Source of the DNA: a virus
Taxonomy: Duplodnaviria; Caudoviricetes
Length of the DNA stretch: 64,000 nucleotides
Direction: 5' to 3' (one strand)
IMG/VR virus record: IMGVR_UViG_3300010352_000625
Coordinates: 96,001-160,000 of that record
The notes under the pieces are model-generated. The model was not told the DNA's origin, did no database searches, and saw only the letters and a list, made by a program, of their open reading frames with translations. The translations under genes and the position numbers were made by a program. Below are positions 33,906 through 45,681 of the stretch, one piece after another (the stretch's first letter is position 1; each line of letters begins with the position of its first letter).

Positions 33906-35476
33906 TTAAATATTTTTTTCGTTTAAATCATATATCCCAGTGTTTTTTTCCATAGCTGTGATTGCATTATTGATAGTCTGTTTTTTATAAGGATCCCCTA
34001 AACTATTAAAAATCATATATTCAACATCTTCAACAACAAGTTCATGCAAAGCTCTATGCAATTCAGTATTAATATCTCTTAATTTATAATTCCAATTTAT
34101 ATCTACGTTAGTCTCAGTTTTATTATTTTCATGATAATATTCTGTAAATGAAAACCACTTATCTTTAATTAAATGACCAATACGTATTATACTATTATTT
34201 TCTATTTCACATCGAACAAAAGTGTTTTCTAATTCTTCCCAACTATTCAACTCTAAGGTTTCAAGTAATTTTATGATGGCACCTAAACCAACAGCTGTGG
34301 GAACTCTTTTCTTTTTATCTTTATCATATTTATCTAAAGCATAAGTACCATACCCACATCCAGTACCATCAAATGTTATATCAAGAAGAAAGGTGAAAAA
34401 TCCAAAATCTTTTGTTCCTAACATTGTCTTTCTTATTTTACCATTTAGTATACTCATATTTTATTATTCCTCATTTATTAATTCATTTATTTTTACTCTA
34501 CCATGCCAAACAATTTCGACAGTATCAAATATAGTTTCTTCTGTTTCATCTTCTTTAAATTCAAACTGATATATAATATCTTTATCATTATTCTGTTTTA
34601 AATATTTAAATACATCAATAGCTAATCTATCCCAACAATCTTCTTTTTCTTTATTAATTGATATCATATCAGATATATTTTTCTTACAATCTTTAGTATA
34701 TCTTGTAGCTATATTATATTGTTTAAGATTTTTTTTAATCATTCGATATCCCAATTCATTTCCTTCATGGTTTCTATTATTTTATCAGCATCTAAGTATA
34801 CATCTGCATAATCTGTTCTTTTTTTATCTGTAACATCTTCTACATACATTTCAGTATCAGCATAAGAATTTTCATGCTCAATATCAAACTCATCAGATTG
34901 ATACAACTGATAAACTATTTCTTTAATATCATCATCTGTAAGTGGTTCTTTAAGATTATCAGGAACTTCAACTATTACCATATGTGAAAATGTTTGTACT
35001 ATTTCTACTTCTTTCTTCATACTCATTATCTCTCCTTACTTATTATGTTTTCTTTCTTCTCTTAGTTGTTCTCTCCAAATTTTACGTTTGCTACGTGGTA
35101 AAGGTTCTATATTAGGATTATAATCTTTCGTTGTTTTAGGATAATTTCTAACTTTAGTTTTATTTACGGATGTTCCTAAATATTCATCTATTCCCATTCC
35201 ATTGAATTCTGTAAAAAATTCATTATATACTCCTGCTGTGTTAGGTAGTTCAAGATGTTCTGGTATTGTATTAGGGTCTGGCATATTATTTTATTATTCT
35301 CCTTCTTTTTTATTCTCCTCTAATAATTCATCTAATATAGGTTTTTTGTGCTTACACCAATCTATATAAACAATAATAAAACCAATAACTATAAATATAT
35401 AGAATGAGATTTTAACTAGTGCTACTTTCAAACAACACTTTATCCTTACCAATGATTTTAGGTCTACCATCTTCAA
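33906..35476 (-). CDS. Cluster of small hypothetical proteins (33906-34457, 34464-34754, 34739-35026, 35036-35284, 35294-35476)
   Basis: Co-oriented, tightly packed ORFs. Confidence 0.5.
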
Positions 35477-35577
35477 TATTAGCCATAACTATCACTCCTT
35501 ACTTTTAATCCAAATTACAAATGCCAAGAAGCTGAACGTAATCGCAAGCATTAACACTATTGTTATATCTTCACTGC

Positions 35578-36279
35578 TCATTCCTCATCCTCCGGCAGAT
35601 TGAGCGAACGCCATGCTATTATTTCCTTATTGATGCGAGTTTGAGCTATATCAAAATACCCTTCGTCAAGTTCCATCCCTATGAATTGCCTATTAGTTCT
35701 AATACAAGCAACTCCCGTAGTTCCTGACCCCATACATGGGTCTAAAACTACGCCACCCTCGCCAGTGCAATCTGTTATCAATTCCTTAAACAGAAGAACA
35801 TTCTTTTCAGTTGGGTGTAATTTACTTTTTCCACACGGATATTTGAAAACTGTATTTTTGCAGTGTGGATTAAATATTTTATAGCCTGCTTTCTTAAACC
35901 AGACTGCCGTTTCTACCCCACTTAAATAGACATGTTGCCCGTTCATTGGAGATGGATTACTCTTTTGCCATACCAAAAGACGCACTGTGCCTTTCTGTGT
36001 TTCAAAGAACTGATAGATAGGACTAATCTGCCCTTTGCCACAAAATATAACTATGCACCCTTTAGATATTCGCAAACATTCAGTCAAGAAGTTATCTAGA
36101 TTAAATGTTAGAACGTCCGCATTGCCTTTATCTAGTTGTCTTATCCCATTAGAACTTCGATTAACTTCGTTGTATGGTATATCAGTGAGTATCATATCAA
36201 CAGAAGCATTCTCTATGTCCCTCATAAGAGACATGCAATCTCCTTGGATTAACTCAACTTGTTTGTCGAGTTCTGTCAT
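35578..36279 (-). CDS. Beta-class N4/N6 DNA methyltransferase
   Basis: TDIPY, HPTEK, LDPCMGSGTT. Confidence 0.9.
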   Translation of the reverse strand: MTELDKQVELIQGDCMSLMRDIENASVDMILTDIPYNEVNRSSNGIRQLDKGNADVLTFNLDNFLTECLRISKGCIVIFCGKGQISPIYQFFETQKGTVRLLVWQKSNPSPMNGQHVYLSGVETAVWFKKAGYKIFNPHCKNTVFKYPCGKSKLHPTEKNVLLFKELITDCTGEGGVVLDPCMGSGTTGVACIRTNRQFIGMELDEGYFDIAQTRINKEIIAWRSLNLPEDEE

Positions 36280-36295
36280 TCCGAGACCTCCTTCA

Positions 36296-36544
36296 CTATC
36301 TCCACGCCCTGTTATAAGCCTCTACTGCCTTTTCCGGGGTCTCGCCGAATCCACAAATGCCCTCTTGTATACTCTCGCCATATAAGGCACACCACATATT
36401 GCCATCTTTATAAATTTTAGGCTTGAAATTAGTGCTTGGCAGAAGTTGTTGCTCACATACAGTGTCGTAATAAATTCTCATGTGATGTTGTTCTATGTTA
36501 AATCGCTCGTTCCAGTATGCTTCTTCTGTGTTTATTCCGCTCAT
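36296..36544 (-). CDS. Hypothetical phage protein
   Basis: 82 aa; DGNMWCAL.GE..QEG..GFG.TP..A motif. Confidence 0.55.
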   Translation of the reverse strand: MSGINTEEAYWNERFNIEQHHMRIYYDTVCEQQLLPSTNFKPKIYKDGNMWCALYGESIQEGICGFGETPEKAVEAYNRAWR

Positions 36545-36663
36545 TCCGCTTTCTCCTCCTCTAACTCCTTAATTCTTTGTCTTAGTTCGCTATCTAAAAG
36601 ATCAGCCATTGTTAGCCTCCTTTGTATCCGCGCCGTTAATGTTGCAGATGTTTAGTAAGTGTT

Positions 36664-37416
36664 TCATTCGCCCACTTCCTTTTCGGCAAGGGCTTTCTGT
36701 ATGCGCTCGTTGGCTATATCGCAGTATTGCGCATCCAATTCAAAACCTATGTAATTGCGGTTGGTGTTGATGCAGGCGATTGCGGTTGTGCCGGAACCCA
36801 TACAGTTGTCGAGGACTGTCTCGTTTTCGTTGGTATATGTACAGATAAGGTATTCCATTAACTCAACGGGTTTCTGCGTCGGATGTCCACCCTTGAATCT
36901 CTTTTGCGGTATCTCAATAATTGATTTAGGGTAATACCATTCTGAATAATGAGGTTTATATGTAAACTTGCCATAATTTGTAGAGTCTCCACCTGTTGAC
37001 TTTAAAACTCTTTTCCCTTTAACCATTTTAGGGTTATATGTTGGTTGCTTTTGATAAAACACTAATATATCTTCGTGGCTTCTAAGTGGTTGCTTTTTAG
37101 CGTTTAAAAACCCCGTAACCTGACTTTTGCTCCAAACAAGCGAATACTTAAATAGCTTTCTGTTGCTTTGAATCAAATCTGTTGTAAACGGTTGCGTAGC
37201 AGTAAGTACAATCACGCCGTTTTCTTTTATAATCCTCTCATAATGCTTCCACAACTTTTCAAACGGTATAACGCAATCCCATTTATTCCTTGCAGTTACA
37301 CCATAGGGCAAATCACATAAAATCATATCGACAGACTTATCCGGTATCCTTTTCATTCCCACTAAGCAATCCTCATTGTAAATCTTATTTATCAATAATT
37401 CGTCAAAAGTCATCAC
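36664..37416 (-). CDS. Beta-class N4/N6 DNA methyltransferase
   Basis: CDLPYG, HPTQKP, LDNCMGSGTT. Confidence 0.9.
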   Translation of the reverse strand: MMTFDELLINKIYNEDCLVGMKRIPDKSVDMILCDLPYGVTARNKWDCVIPFEKLWKHYERIIKENGVIVLTATQPFTTDLIQSNRKLFKYSLVWSKSQVTGFLNAKKQPLRSHEDILVFYQKQPTYNPKMVKGKRVLKSTGGDSTNYGKFTYKPHYSEWYYPKSIIEIPQKRFKGGHPTQKPVELMEYLICTYTNENETVLDNCMGSGTTAIACINTNRNYIGFELDAQYCDIANERIQKALAEKEVGE

Positions 37417-37639
37417 TCCGCACCCTCCTTCCCCGCCAGTCCGCAGTAGCCCTCGTTTTTTACCTCCGTGTCAAACCAACGCCACGCCATACATAAATAA
37501 GCGTTACATCCATCGTTTAGCATAGGACACCATTTTATTTTTGCTTCTTCAACCTTCATTAATTCGTACCCCCGATCTTGATCTCATCTCTCTTGTAAAT
37601 CTCATAGGCCATATGTGATTTCAAGGCGTAATATATTAT

Positions 37640-39315
37640 TTATTTTATTCCATATTGGTGGTCTAAATTATATCTAAGATAATTAAAATCAATACCAAGT
37701 TTGTTATGATATATTTCAGCTCTATTGTAGGCCGATAAAAGAGATTTTTCGTCATCGTTATCGTTGCATAACATTTCGGGGTATCTCAATCCCAACAGAA
37801 AAATATCTTTATCTTTCAGTTTTTCATTATTATCATATTTTTCAAAAGATTCGGCTATAGCATGAATAATCATACTTTTATCAAATTTAATCAAATCTTT
37901 GCAATTTCTGATTTCTTTTTCTATATTCATTAGAAAAACCTCCAGAAGTATAATTATTTTTTAACTATATATATTATATCATACTTTAGAGATAAATACA
38001 AGTCGGCTGAAAGTATGGATTTCAGTTATACACTTACTTAATCAAAACTTAAAATTCGAATCTTTCAACTCACTGTATATATTATATCATATTTATAACT
38101 GATTGTCAATAGACAAAAAACCAGCTATACATGTATAACTGATTTTAAATTATTTCATATTAAAAATTAGTTTAATTTAAAAAGTAATCGTTAAAACTAT
38201 CATGTTTACTATCTATATCTTCCTTAATTTCTGATTACTTAAAAATTCTGTTATCTTCATTCTTTATCGTCTTCTGTTCTATTTCCACAATTGAATATCT
38301 GTCATTATTTCATTTAAGGCATATGCTCTAGGGTCACTTATATACAAAAAAACATCATATGAAATAAACAATATTGGTAAACAAACTATTACAAATATAA
38401 TCATAGGAAACAAAAACAATTCAGGGTTTTTGTTAGTTTTAATTTCTCTTATATATACGTATAATGTAATAATAAGCATCACAACTGCTAATCCCACGAA
38501 TAGAAATAGCATATATTTCATAGCTAAGCCTTGTGCTGAATATGATTCAATCAATTGTTCGGGGGTTATATACAACGATTGTGCTAAATAATTTATTGCA
38601 TTTTGATATATATTATTTTCCATTTAATATCGTCCTTTTTATTTCAGTCTTTGTCTATTCATGATTTTTTTAAAAATTCATCATAATCATTTCAGCTTCA
38701 ATTATTAACTCACATTCTATTAAATTTATCAATCACACCAGCGATAATATCAACATCTTCAATAGTGTTTCGATTAGCTTTTACTAATATTGGTGTTAAT
38801 ATCTCCACATAATTTTCATCAACAAAACAAACTCTAAAATTAACCTTTTCATTTAGCAATGCTTTAACAGCTTTAATAATATTTTCTTTGTTGTTGCATA
38901 CACCTTTAACTATATAAAGTATATTATATGATTCATTTATATTCTCTGTCATTTTATTATTCTCCTTTTAAATTGAAATGAAAATATAAAGCAATACTAA
39001 AAATATAAAACATATAACTGTTGAATTAATTTTATATAAATAATATGTTATATCCATTGATTCAGCAATATATTTAACATCATCAGTTAATCTTATATAT
39101 GCTTCTTTAATATTATATCCTAGTCTGGCACTTTCCAATAGATTAACAAAAACATAAAACACAGGCAAAACAAAAAACAAAACATAAAATAGACCTAAAA
39201 ATATTCTAGCACAATCATTAGGTATATCAGTATGTATTATATAAACATACATTATAAATTGAATAGCTATTATTGATATTGCTAACATTAGTGTTTTAAT
39301 ATTATATTTATTCAT
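37640..39315 (-). CDS. Hypothetical proteins, two with predicted TM helices (37640-37930, 38279-38623, 38710-38952, 38968-39315)
   Basis: Co-oriented ORFs; hydrophobic stretches in 38279-38623 and 38968-39315. Confidence 0.5.
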
Positions 39316-39355
39316 TATTTATCAACCCTTATTATAATATGCATTATTTATTTTC

Positions 39356-39889
39356 CTATTCAAATAAATTTAAATCAATTTTCTTTCTTTCATCACTAAT
39401 CAACTTCTGAATTACCTCCATTTTAACTGGAGTATAATTATTAACTTCAACTGAAGTGCAATAACCACATGAACTATAATGTTTATAGTTATCATTATTA
39501 TGTACATGAGCATAAATATTAACGAAAGGACTATTATTATTAACAAAGTACGGCTCATGAGTAATTAAAAGATATTCATACATGATAGGATAATCATACA
39601 CCTTGAAAATACCATTACTGGTATATACATCGTCATTCATGTTATCGTGATTACCACGAATAAGTATCTTCTTATCATTTAATTTTGAAATAAATTGATA
39701 ATCATTTTCATTCTCATAGCGACTTAAATCACCATTAATAAAAATAGTGTCTTTATTTCTAACTACATTATTCCACTGTTGAATCATATATCTATTCATT
39801 TCATCTACTGTAAAGAATTTATCATTTCTACAATACCTAAGAATTCTAGCATCACCGAAATGATTATCTCCAATTACAAAATATGTCAT
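39356..39889 (-). CDS. Calcineurin-like metallophosphoesterase
   Basis: GDNHFG, NGD, GNHD, THEP, HVH. Confidence 0.85.
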   Translation of the reverse strand: MTYFVIGDNHFGDARILRYCRNDKFFTVDEMNRYMIQQWNNVVRNKDTIFINGDLSRYENENDYQFISKLNDKKILIRGNHDNMNDDVYTSNGIFKVYDYPIMYEYLLITHEPYFVNNNSPFVNIYAHVHNNDNYKHYSSCGYCTSVEVNNYTPVKMEVIQKLISDERKKIDLNLFE

Positions 39890-40107
39890 ATATTATCCTT
39901 TCACTTTATTCTGAATCAAAATAAGCAATTAAAATATTTATTTATTTGATAAATATTCAATACTTATAATAATTATCGTAGTTATAGCTACAGCTATAGA
40001 TGTAGATAATATTATCTGAGAGATAGTTACTTTTTCTATATCTGATAGACTAAAAATTAATGACATATTATTAATAAATCTAATTTGATTCAATAGAGTT
40101 ATCATTA

Positions 40108-40548
40108 TTATTTTTCCCCCAATGTTATAAGAAACTCTTTAGCTTCTTTCCAGCTATCAAAATATTTTGAACCATCAAAATATTTTGAACCATCACTCAC
40201 AAATACTTCTGTTTTACCTTTATATCTCTTATCATTAAACCCCAATTTAGGAGCAATCCATACAATTAGTGTGCCTGTTTCAATATCAACTATACCAAAT
40301 GAATCAAAGATTTTACCATCCATAGGACAGTTATTTTTCATGAAAACATATGTTTTATCTGTATCAAAAAAACCAATCTTACTAATATCTTTTATTTTCT
40401 TACCTAATGTTTTTGTTTTGTTCTTCAAAGCACTATCTTTACAAAACCAATCATACCAACCTGCACTCATCTGAGCTTTAAGACTATCAACATCAAAATC
40501 ACCATTATCAAACTTTGTTATGAACTGTCTTACTGTAAGCTTATCCAT
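40108..40548 (-). CDS. Hypothetical phage protein (likely start MDKLTV)
   Basis: AGWYDWFC and KNNCP motifs; RBS GGGG upstream of 40548. Confidence 0.55.
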   Translation of the reverse strand: MDKLTVRQFITKFDNGDFDVDSLKAQMSAGWYDWFCKDSALKNKTKTLGKKIKDISKIGFFDTDKTYVFMKNNCPMDGKIFDSFGIVDIETGTLIVWIAPKLGFNDKRYKGKTEVFVSDGSKYFDGSKYFDSWKEAKEFLITLGEK

Positions 40549-40971
40549 TATATTTTTCCCCCTGTTTAATATAAGATTTAATTTCTGTTTTTGCTTCTCT
40601 ACGTTCCAGAATATTAGCGTGTTTATGAGAAATCTTACGACCTCTTTTACCATCATATTTCCAGCTTGTTGATTTGTTTTTCATTCTCATAGACATTTTA
40701 AACTAAACTCCTTTATATTTCTCTATTTAAAATGAACTATCCTTTATAGCCTGACATTAGAAACAGTATAAACCACAAACCCAGTAACCAGAAGTATTTT
40801 CTATCATTTTTAAACATTTTAATTAATCCTCTCTGATTGCTATTTTTCTTTCAACTCACTATATATATTATATCATATTTTACTCTATCTGTCAATAGCT
40901 ATTTAGTTTAAAAACAAAAAAAATAACAGTTTAAACTGTTATTTTTAAGTTATATTAATTTTTAATTTAAA

Positions 40972-41430
40972 TTAGATATTTTGCAAAAAGTAAAATACAG
41001 CATCACATAAATCGCTGGATATAGCACCTTTTATTACTGGTTCAAAGTTATTTTTATCAAATCCTATATCTAAAACTTTAATAATATTACCATTTGAATC
41101 TACTAAAGCCATAGATGTTATTTGAAATTTTTTAATTCTGGTGTTAGTAAAAACAATTCTAGTCATTACAAATTCAGTCTTGTTGTTTTGAATTAATTTA
41201 CGAATATGATTTCGCCCTCTATCTGAGGTTGGAAACATAGCATATTCGGCTACAACATAATTATCAATCATTTCTATAGAATCTACATCTAGTTTATAAG
41301 CTATATCATTATTATCTTCTGCAACATGTATAATATTACTTTCAGCAAAACTAGTTGTAACACCAAATATACATATTGTTGCAACTATTAAAACTATTAC
41401 GAACATATTAAATTTTCTAATTTTAATCAT
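40972..41430 (-). CDS. Secreted protein with signal peptide
   Basis: N-terminal KIRK, then a hydrophobic core and SFA cleavage site. Confidence 0.55.
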   Translation of the reverse strand: MIKIRKFNMFVIVLIVATICIFGVTTSFAESNIIHVAEDNNDIAYKLDVDSIEMIDNYVVAEYAMFPTSDRGRNHIRKLIQNNKTEFVMTRIVFTNTRIKKFQITSMALVDSNGNIIKVLDIGFDKNNFEPVIKGAISSDLCDAVFYFLQNI

Positions 41431-41441
41431 TCTCCTTTATA

Positions 41442-42731
41442 TTATCTGTCCATTTTTAATCTACGATATATTGGAAATCTCAAACTAAAATTACCATCAC
41501 TGTTTTGTGAAATCTCTTGATATTTAATCTCAGCTAATTTTCCGATAAATGTATCTTTATTTTTCCAGAAATAGTCTCTATCTTCATCACTAAATCCAGA
41601 CCCGCACTCTGTTTTAATAATTTTACCACCATCTGAATACCCTTCGCATATAATATTACCCATGGTATTACTATACTTTCCTTCACCTGCTACCATACCA
41701 ACAATAGTTAAATCCATTTCACTGAAAAATTTAAATTTAATCAAATTATTACTACGTTTAAAATCATAATATACATCAGGATTTCTTAGCATTATACCTT
41801 CATATCCCTGTTCTACAAACTGTCTAGCCAAATCCTTAATTCTCTCTGTATTGTTATCAATCTTAACAGCCTGAACAAAATCTAAAGTATCAAATAGTTT
41901 GTGTTTACTATTATCATTTATAAAATCTTCAATAGTTTTCTGCATATCTTCAGTTATTTTAAAATTATCACTACCACAAGCAAAGATATTAAATCTAATT
42001 TTGTTTTTTTCATCTGAATTATAATTAACTGTTGCCATAACTACTCTCTGGATTTCATTAAATTCAATATCTTTACTATACAATTCACCATCAATAAAAG
42101 TGATATCAGGGTATAGATTACGTATTTTATTTAAATCTTCAATGATATGTTTCATACCTACAAATTTTTTACCTTGTCTACTATGCAAAGAATCGGGGCA
42201 ATTACAATTCCAAAAAGCTCTGATGCCATCTAGTTTAGGAGTAGCGTACCAATATTTGTTTTTATATTTTTTATTTTCATCATATTTATTTGCTAATTGA
42301 ACTTTAAAATCTGGAAGGAAATTTTTCCCAAATGCTTTATTTATTAGACTAACTCCAATGTTACAACGTAAATCTCGTTTAAGTATATTAATAAAAATTT
42401 CCTGAGATTCTTTATCTAATTTACAACCAACAATATCTACAGATTCTCTAGCTGTATTACCAGTGATAACTCTATTCATTAGATTATTCAATAAATCAAA
42501 TATATCAGACCACATATCAACTATATTACTAGTTCCAATTGTTGAGAAACTATCTACATTAGCAATATAAAAATTAAAGTCTGTGTTATAAGTCATGTTA
42601 ATAATATCTTTAAATAACTCATTATTGATATTCTCTTTGATTATTTTAATTTTATCATTAGTGCTGGAAGTGTTAGTTATTTTCTGTATAATATTATAAA
42701 TTTCATTTTTATCCATCTTATAACCTCCCAT
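41442..42731 (-). CDS. ATP-dependent DNA ligase
   Basis: KLDGIR, FIDGEL, EGIML, KFK, GSGF, LRFP. Confidence 0.92.
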   Translation of the reverse strand: MGGYKMDKNEIYNIIQKITNTSSTNDKIKIIKENINNELFKDIINMTYNTDFNFYIANVDSFSTIGTSNIVDMWSDIFDLLNNLMNRVITGNTARESVDIVGCKLDKESQEIFINILKRDLRCNIGVSLINKAFGKNFLPDFKVQLANKYDENKKYKNKYWYATPKLDGIRAFWNCNCPDSLHSRQGKKFVGMKHIIEDLNKIRNLYPDITFIDGELYSKDIEFNEIQRVVMATVNYNSDEKNKIRFNIFACGSDNFKITEDMQKTIEDFINDNSKHKLFDTLDFVQAVKIDNNTERIKDLARQFVEQGYEGIMLRNPDVYYDFKRSNNLIKFKFFSEMDLTIVGMVAGEGKYSNTMGNIICEGYSDGGKIIKTECGSGFSDEDRDYFWKNKDTFIGKLAEIKYQEISQNSDGNFSLRFPIYRRLKMDR

Positions 42732-43178
42732 ATATTAAAATTTTAAATTTTAAATATTATAATTATCACAATGATGCTTGGTTATATCCATCACAATCTT
42801 TGACACGAAAACTCTTTTATCTTCTTCTTGTATCTTTTGTTTCGCAAACTTTATAGCATTATCTATGTCAGAAAAGGTCTTATATTGAACTTCATCATTC
42901 TTATTTAGAATTGTTGCTATGTACATTATAATATCATCCTCTCGATTAAATTAGTTGATTATTCATAATTTAGTGTTTCATTCACTGTATATATTATATC
43001 ATATTTTGTTTTAGATGTCAATAGTTATTTAATTCAAAACTCAAAAAAAAATAACATAAATTATTACTAAAATAAAAACCCTACACACTAGCTAGATATG
43101 TAGGGGTATAGTCCCATATTTCTCAATATGAGGGGCTTAACTAAATATTAGTACTAAATATTAGTTAAGGGATTAATT

Positions 43179-44813
43179 TTAAATATTACCTTTACTAAAC
43201 TCAGCGATAATATTAGGAACACTAGCATCAAAACCAGCTATATCTAGCATACCCTTATCTTCTGGGTCAGCAATACTAAAATTGGTTGCCTCTGTAGCAC
43301 AAACTATCAACTTAGTATCCAGCTTCATCTTTTCTCTGTAATTCTTTAGCCCGGCAAATGGGTGAGTTCTTCCACACCAAGTGTCATTGTCAGTCCATAC
43401 GTTGAATACGTCAACTTCTATATTATTCTTCAAGGCCCAGTTAATAGCCGCTGAACAATCTGTACCACCCCAATTACTTCTTACAACCTTCTTACAAACT
43501 GAATCTAGTTTATCTGTCTTTGTTATACCTAGGTCAACAACTTCATCACAAAAACCAACTACATGTACATTAGGTTCAGTCTTTAGTAGTATCATAGACA
43601 TTGCCGCAGTTACTTCACAACTTCTAAGATTAGTGTTATTTATTGTTGAACTCATTGAACCAGATACATCAAGAGCTACCAGATATCTCTTGTTAGTTGG
43701 TTCAACATTATCAAACGCAAGATAAAAAGCATCTTCCAAAGCTGATTCAATTGCTGGTACTGGTGTCCAACTATTACTACCTCTAAATCCTTCACCAGCT
43801 GAATAAGTCTTCAATGCTATTAATATATTAATAGGATGTATTCTTGACTTGCGTATAACTTCCTTATTGCTCAAAGTCTTACATACCATCATAGTACCCT
43901 TGCTTAGTGGTGCCAAATAACCAATCATAGTCATTTTAGCTAGATTTCTAACTAGTGCTGTTATAGGCATAGTACAGTTTTCACCATCATTAGACATCAA
44001 AGCTTCCCATATATCAACTTCATTAAGCAACTGAGTTGGTACAGTTTCTCTAGGCATATTATATTTCTTTATCAGCTTAACAGCGTTCTTAACTGTATCA
44101 CCAGACATTTCTGACAGATACTTTTCAAAATTCATACCAAGATTAAACTGGTCTATTGCTGAATTAGTATCATCCAATACAGGAAGTACTTCATCATAAC
44201 CCTTTACAATCTTGTTGAATATATAAGCCATATCATTATTCGTAGCTACTGGATGTGAAAGAGCTATGGTATCCTTATGTGTCCAACCTTCACGATTCTT
44301 GTACTTAATTACCTGATATACCAACTGACTAGTATTCTTATCCAAATACCAATTAGCTATACACTTTCTAAGACCTCTACCCCAACCACGAAACTTCTGT
44401 ACGTCTTCTACAAACTGAAACAGATGTGTAGCAGTACGACATACCTTATTAAGATTTCTAAAAGCATAAGCCTTAACATCAGCATTACCAAAGGCACTAG
44501 CCAATGCCATCACAAATATTGCTGAGTCATTCTTAGGTGCTCTACCTGCATCACTTATCTTAACAGTTTCATATACTACTCTACAACCATCCTGTTCAAT
44601 AAGCTTCAATACATTTTCAGCATTTTCCTTAGACAACACTGAACCCTTAACATAATAAGAATTCTTTTCTGAACCCAATATTAGGAATCTATTTAGTCTA
44701 TCCCAATCACTAATTGTAAATACATATCCACCAGCGTTATTCTTAACCTGATTCTTACCAAATACTGATTCTGTTTGTGGAACATTTGTGATTATATCTG
44801 AATACTTTGTCAT
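43179..44813 (-). CDS. Ro60 / TROVE-vWA RNA-binding protein (Rsr ortholog)
   Basis: QVKNNAGGYVF, RFLILGS, GWGRGLR, KY.NR.GW.HKD, MP.TALVRNL, HPI, vWA DVSGSM, TDNDT, D..MLDIAGFD. Confidence 0.93.
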   Translation of the reverse strand: MTKYSDIITNVPQTESVFGKNQVKNNAGGYVFTISDWDRLNRFLILGSEKNSYYVKGSVLSKENAENVLKLIEQDGCRVVYETVKISDAGRAPKNDSAIFVMALASAFGNADVKAYAFRNLNKVCRTATHLFQFVEDVQKFRGWGRGLRKCIANWYLDKNTSQLVYQVIKYKNREGWTHKDTIALSHPVATNNDMAYIFNKIVKGYDEVLPVLDDTNSAIDQFNLGMNFEKYLSEMSGDTVKNAVKLIKKYNMPRETVPTQLLNEVDIWEALMSNDGENCTMPITALVRNLAKMTMIGYLAPLSKGTMMVCKTLSNKEVIRKSRIHPINILIALKTYSAGEGFRGSNSWTPVPAIESALEDAFYLAFDNVEPTNKRYLVALDVSGSMSSTINNTNLRSCEVTAAMSMILLKTEPNVHVVGFCDEVVDLGITKTDKLDSVCKKVVRSNWGGTDCSAAINWALKNNIEVDVFNVWTDNDTWCGRTHPFAGLKNYREKMKLDTKLIVCATEATNFSIADPEDKGMLDIAGFDASVPNIIAEFSKGNI

Positions 44814-44854
44814 TTCTTATTACCATCCTTTATTTTTGATTTATTTTTAGATAT

Positions 44855-44897
44855 AAAAAAACACCTTATAGCTATAAAACTAATCAGGTGTTTTTTT
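44855..44897 (-). terminator. Terminator-like hairpin between the RNA cluster and the Ro60 start
   Basis: Minus strand AAAAAACACCTGATTAG...CTATAAGGTGTTTTTT. Confidence 0.55.
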
Positions 44898-44920
44898 ATC
44901 TTGTTATATATTTAAATAAT

Positions 44921-45054
44921 ATTTTGGATAATTATTGCAGATTGGCTTAAAAATCATTCGATTTTTTATTGCTCAATTACAATTTGTGGAACAAGGTTAC
45001 ATATATTCATTCTGTATGTTAGAATTAGATAACCAACCTGCTCCGACCCAAAAT
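44921..45054 (-). ncRNA. Y-RNA-like RNA 1
   Basis: AUUUUGGGU-C-GG..GCAGGUUGG-UUAUC ... CCAAUCUGC..UU-AUCCAAAAU: terminal stem with bulged C, adjacent to Ro60. Confidence 0.75.
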
Positions 45055-45064
45055 GTATTATGAT

Positions 45065-45155
45065 ATATATTAGATAAAAAAGCGAAAAACAATTTATAAA
45101 TTAAATTGTATTATTAATCATCCTATGATAATTGTTCTTCAGCGACCCAATATAT
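45065..45155 (-). ncRNA. Y-RNA-like RNA 2
   Basis: AUAUAUUGGGU-C-G..GAAGAACAA-UUAUC ... UUGUUUUUC..UU-AUCUAAUAUAU. Confidence 0.75.
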
Positions 45156-45217
45156 TAAGTTTTCAATGTTACATATATTAACTTATATTAATTTATAAAT
45201 TTTAAACATTATTTTAT

Positions 45218-45318
45218 GTGAACTAATTACAGTCTAAAGACTGTAATCTTCCTGATTCATCGACTACAGATTTCGCATAGTCTCCACAGGCTTGAATTCC
45301 CTAGGTATTTGATTTTAT
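45218..45318 (-). mobile_element. IS200/IS605 mini-element copy B (internally deleted)
   Basis: Same right end and core as copy A; left flank TTAC. Confidence 0.75.
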
Positions 45319-45362
45319 GTAACTTAAAATCTAATAAATAGATTTTATTATACAAAAATTAA

Positions 45363-45442
45363 GTTAGATAATTGTTGAAAAACAGATGTTTTCTGTTTAT
45401 AATTTATAAGATTATATGATAACTGTTTTTCTTCGACCCAAC
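45363..45442 (-). ncRNA. Y-RNA-like RNA 3
   Basis: GUUGGGU-C-GAA-GAAAAACAG-UUAUC ... CUGUUUUUC..UU-AUCUAAC. Confidence 0.75.
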
Positions 45443-45459
45443 ATATTTATTAAAATTGG

Positions 45460-45670
45460 CTGGGAAACATTTAAGTTTTACGGGGAAAAACTATCCCCAA
45501 CCCAAATTTACTAAGTTAATGATTGGCGTTATATAGAATGGTAACATAGATAAGACTATATAACATTTGATAGCATAGTACCCGTAAATTCCTGAAGCCA
45601 ACCAATTCAGTATTCCTATTGGTATTGGTGTAAACGATATTATGTCTATGCCCATAATAGGATAAAAAAT
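45460..45670 (-). ncRNA. Unassigned structured RNA, copy 1 (pseudoknot module plus stem module)
   Basis: Homologous to 45788-46005 with compensatory substitutions. Confidence 0.6.
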
Positions 45671-45681
45671 ATTTAAATTAA

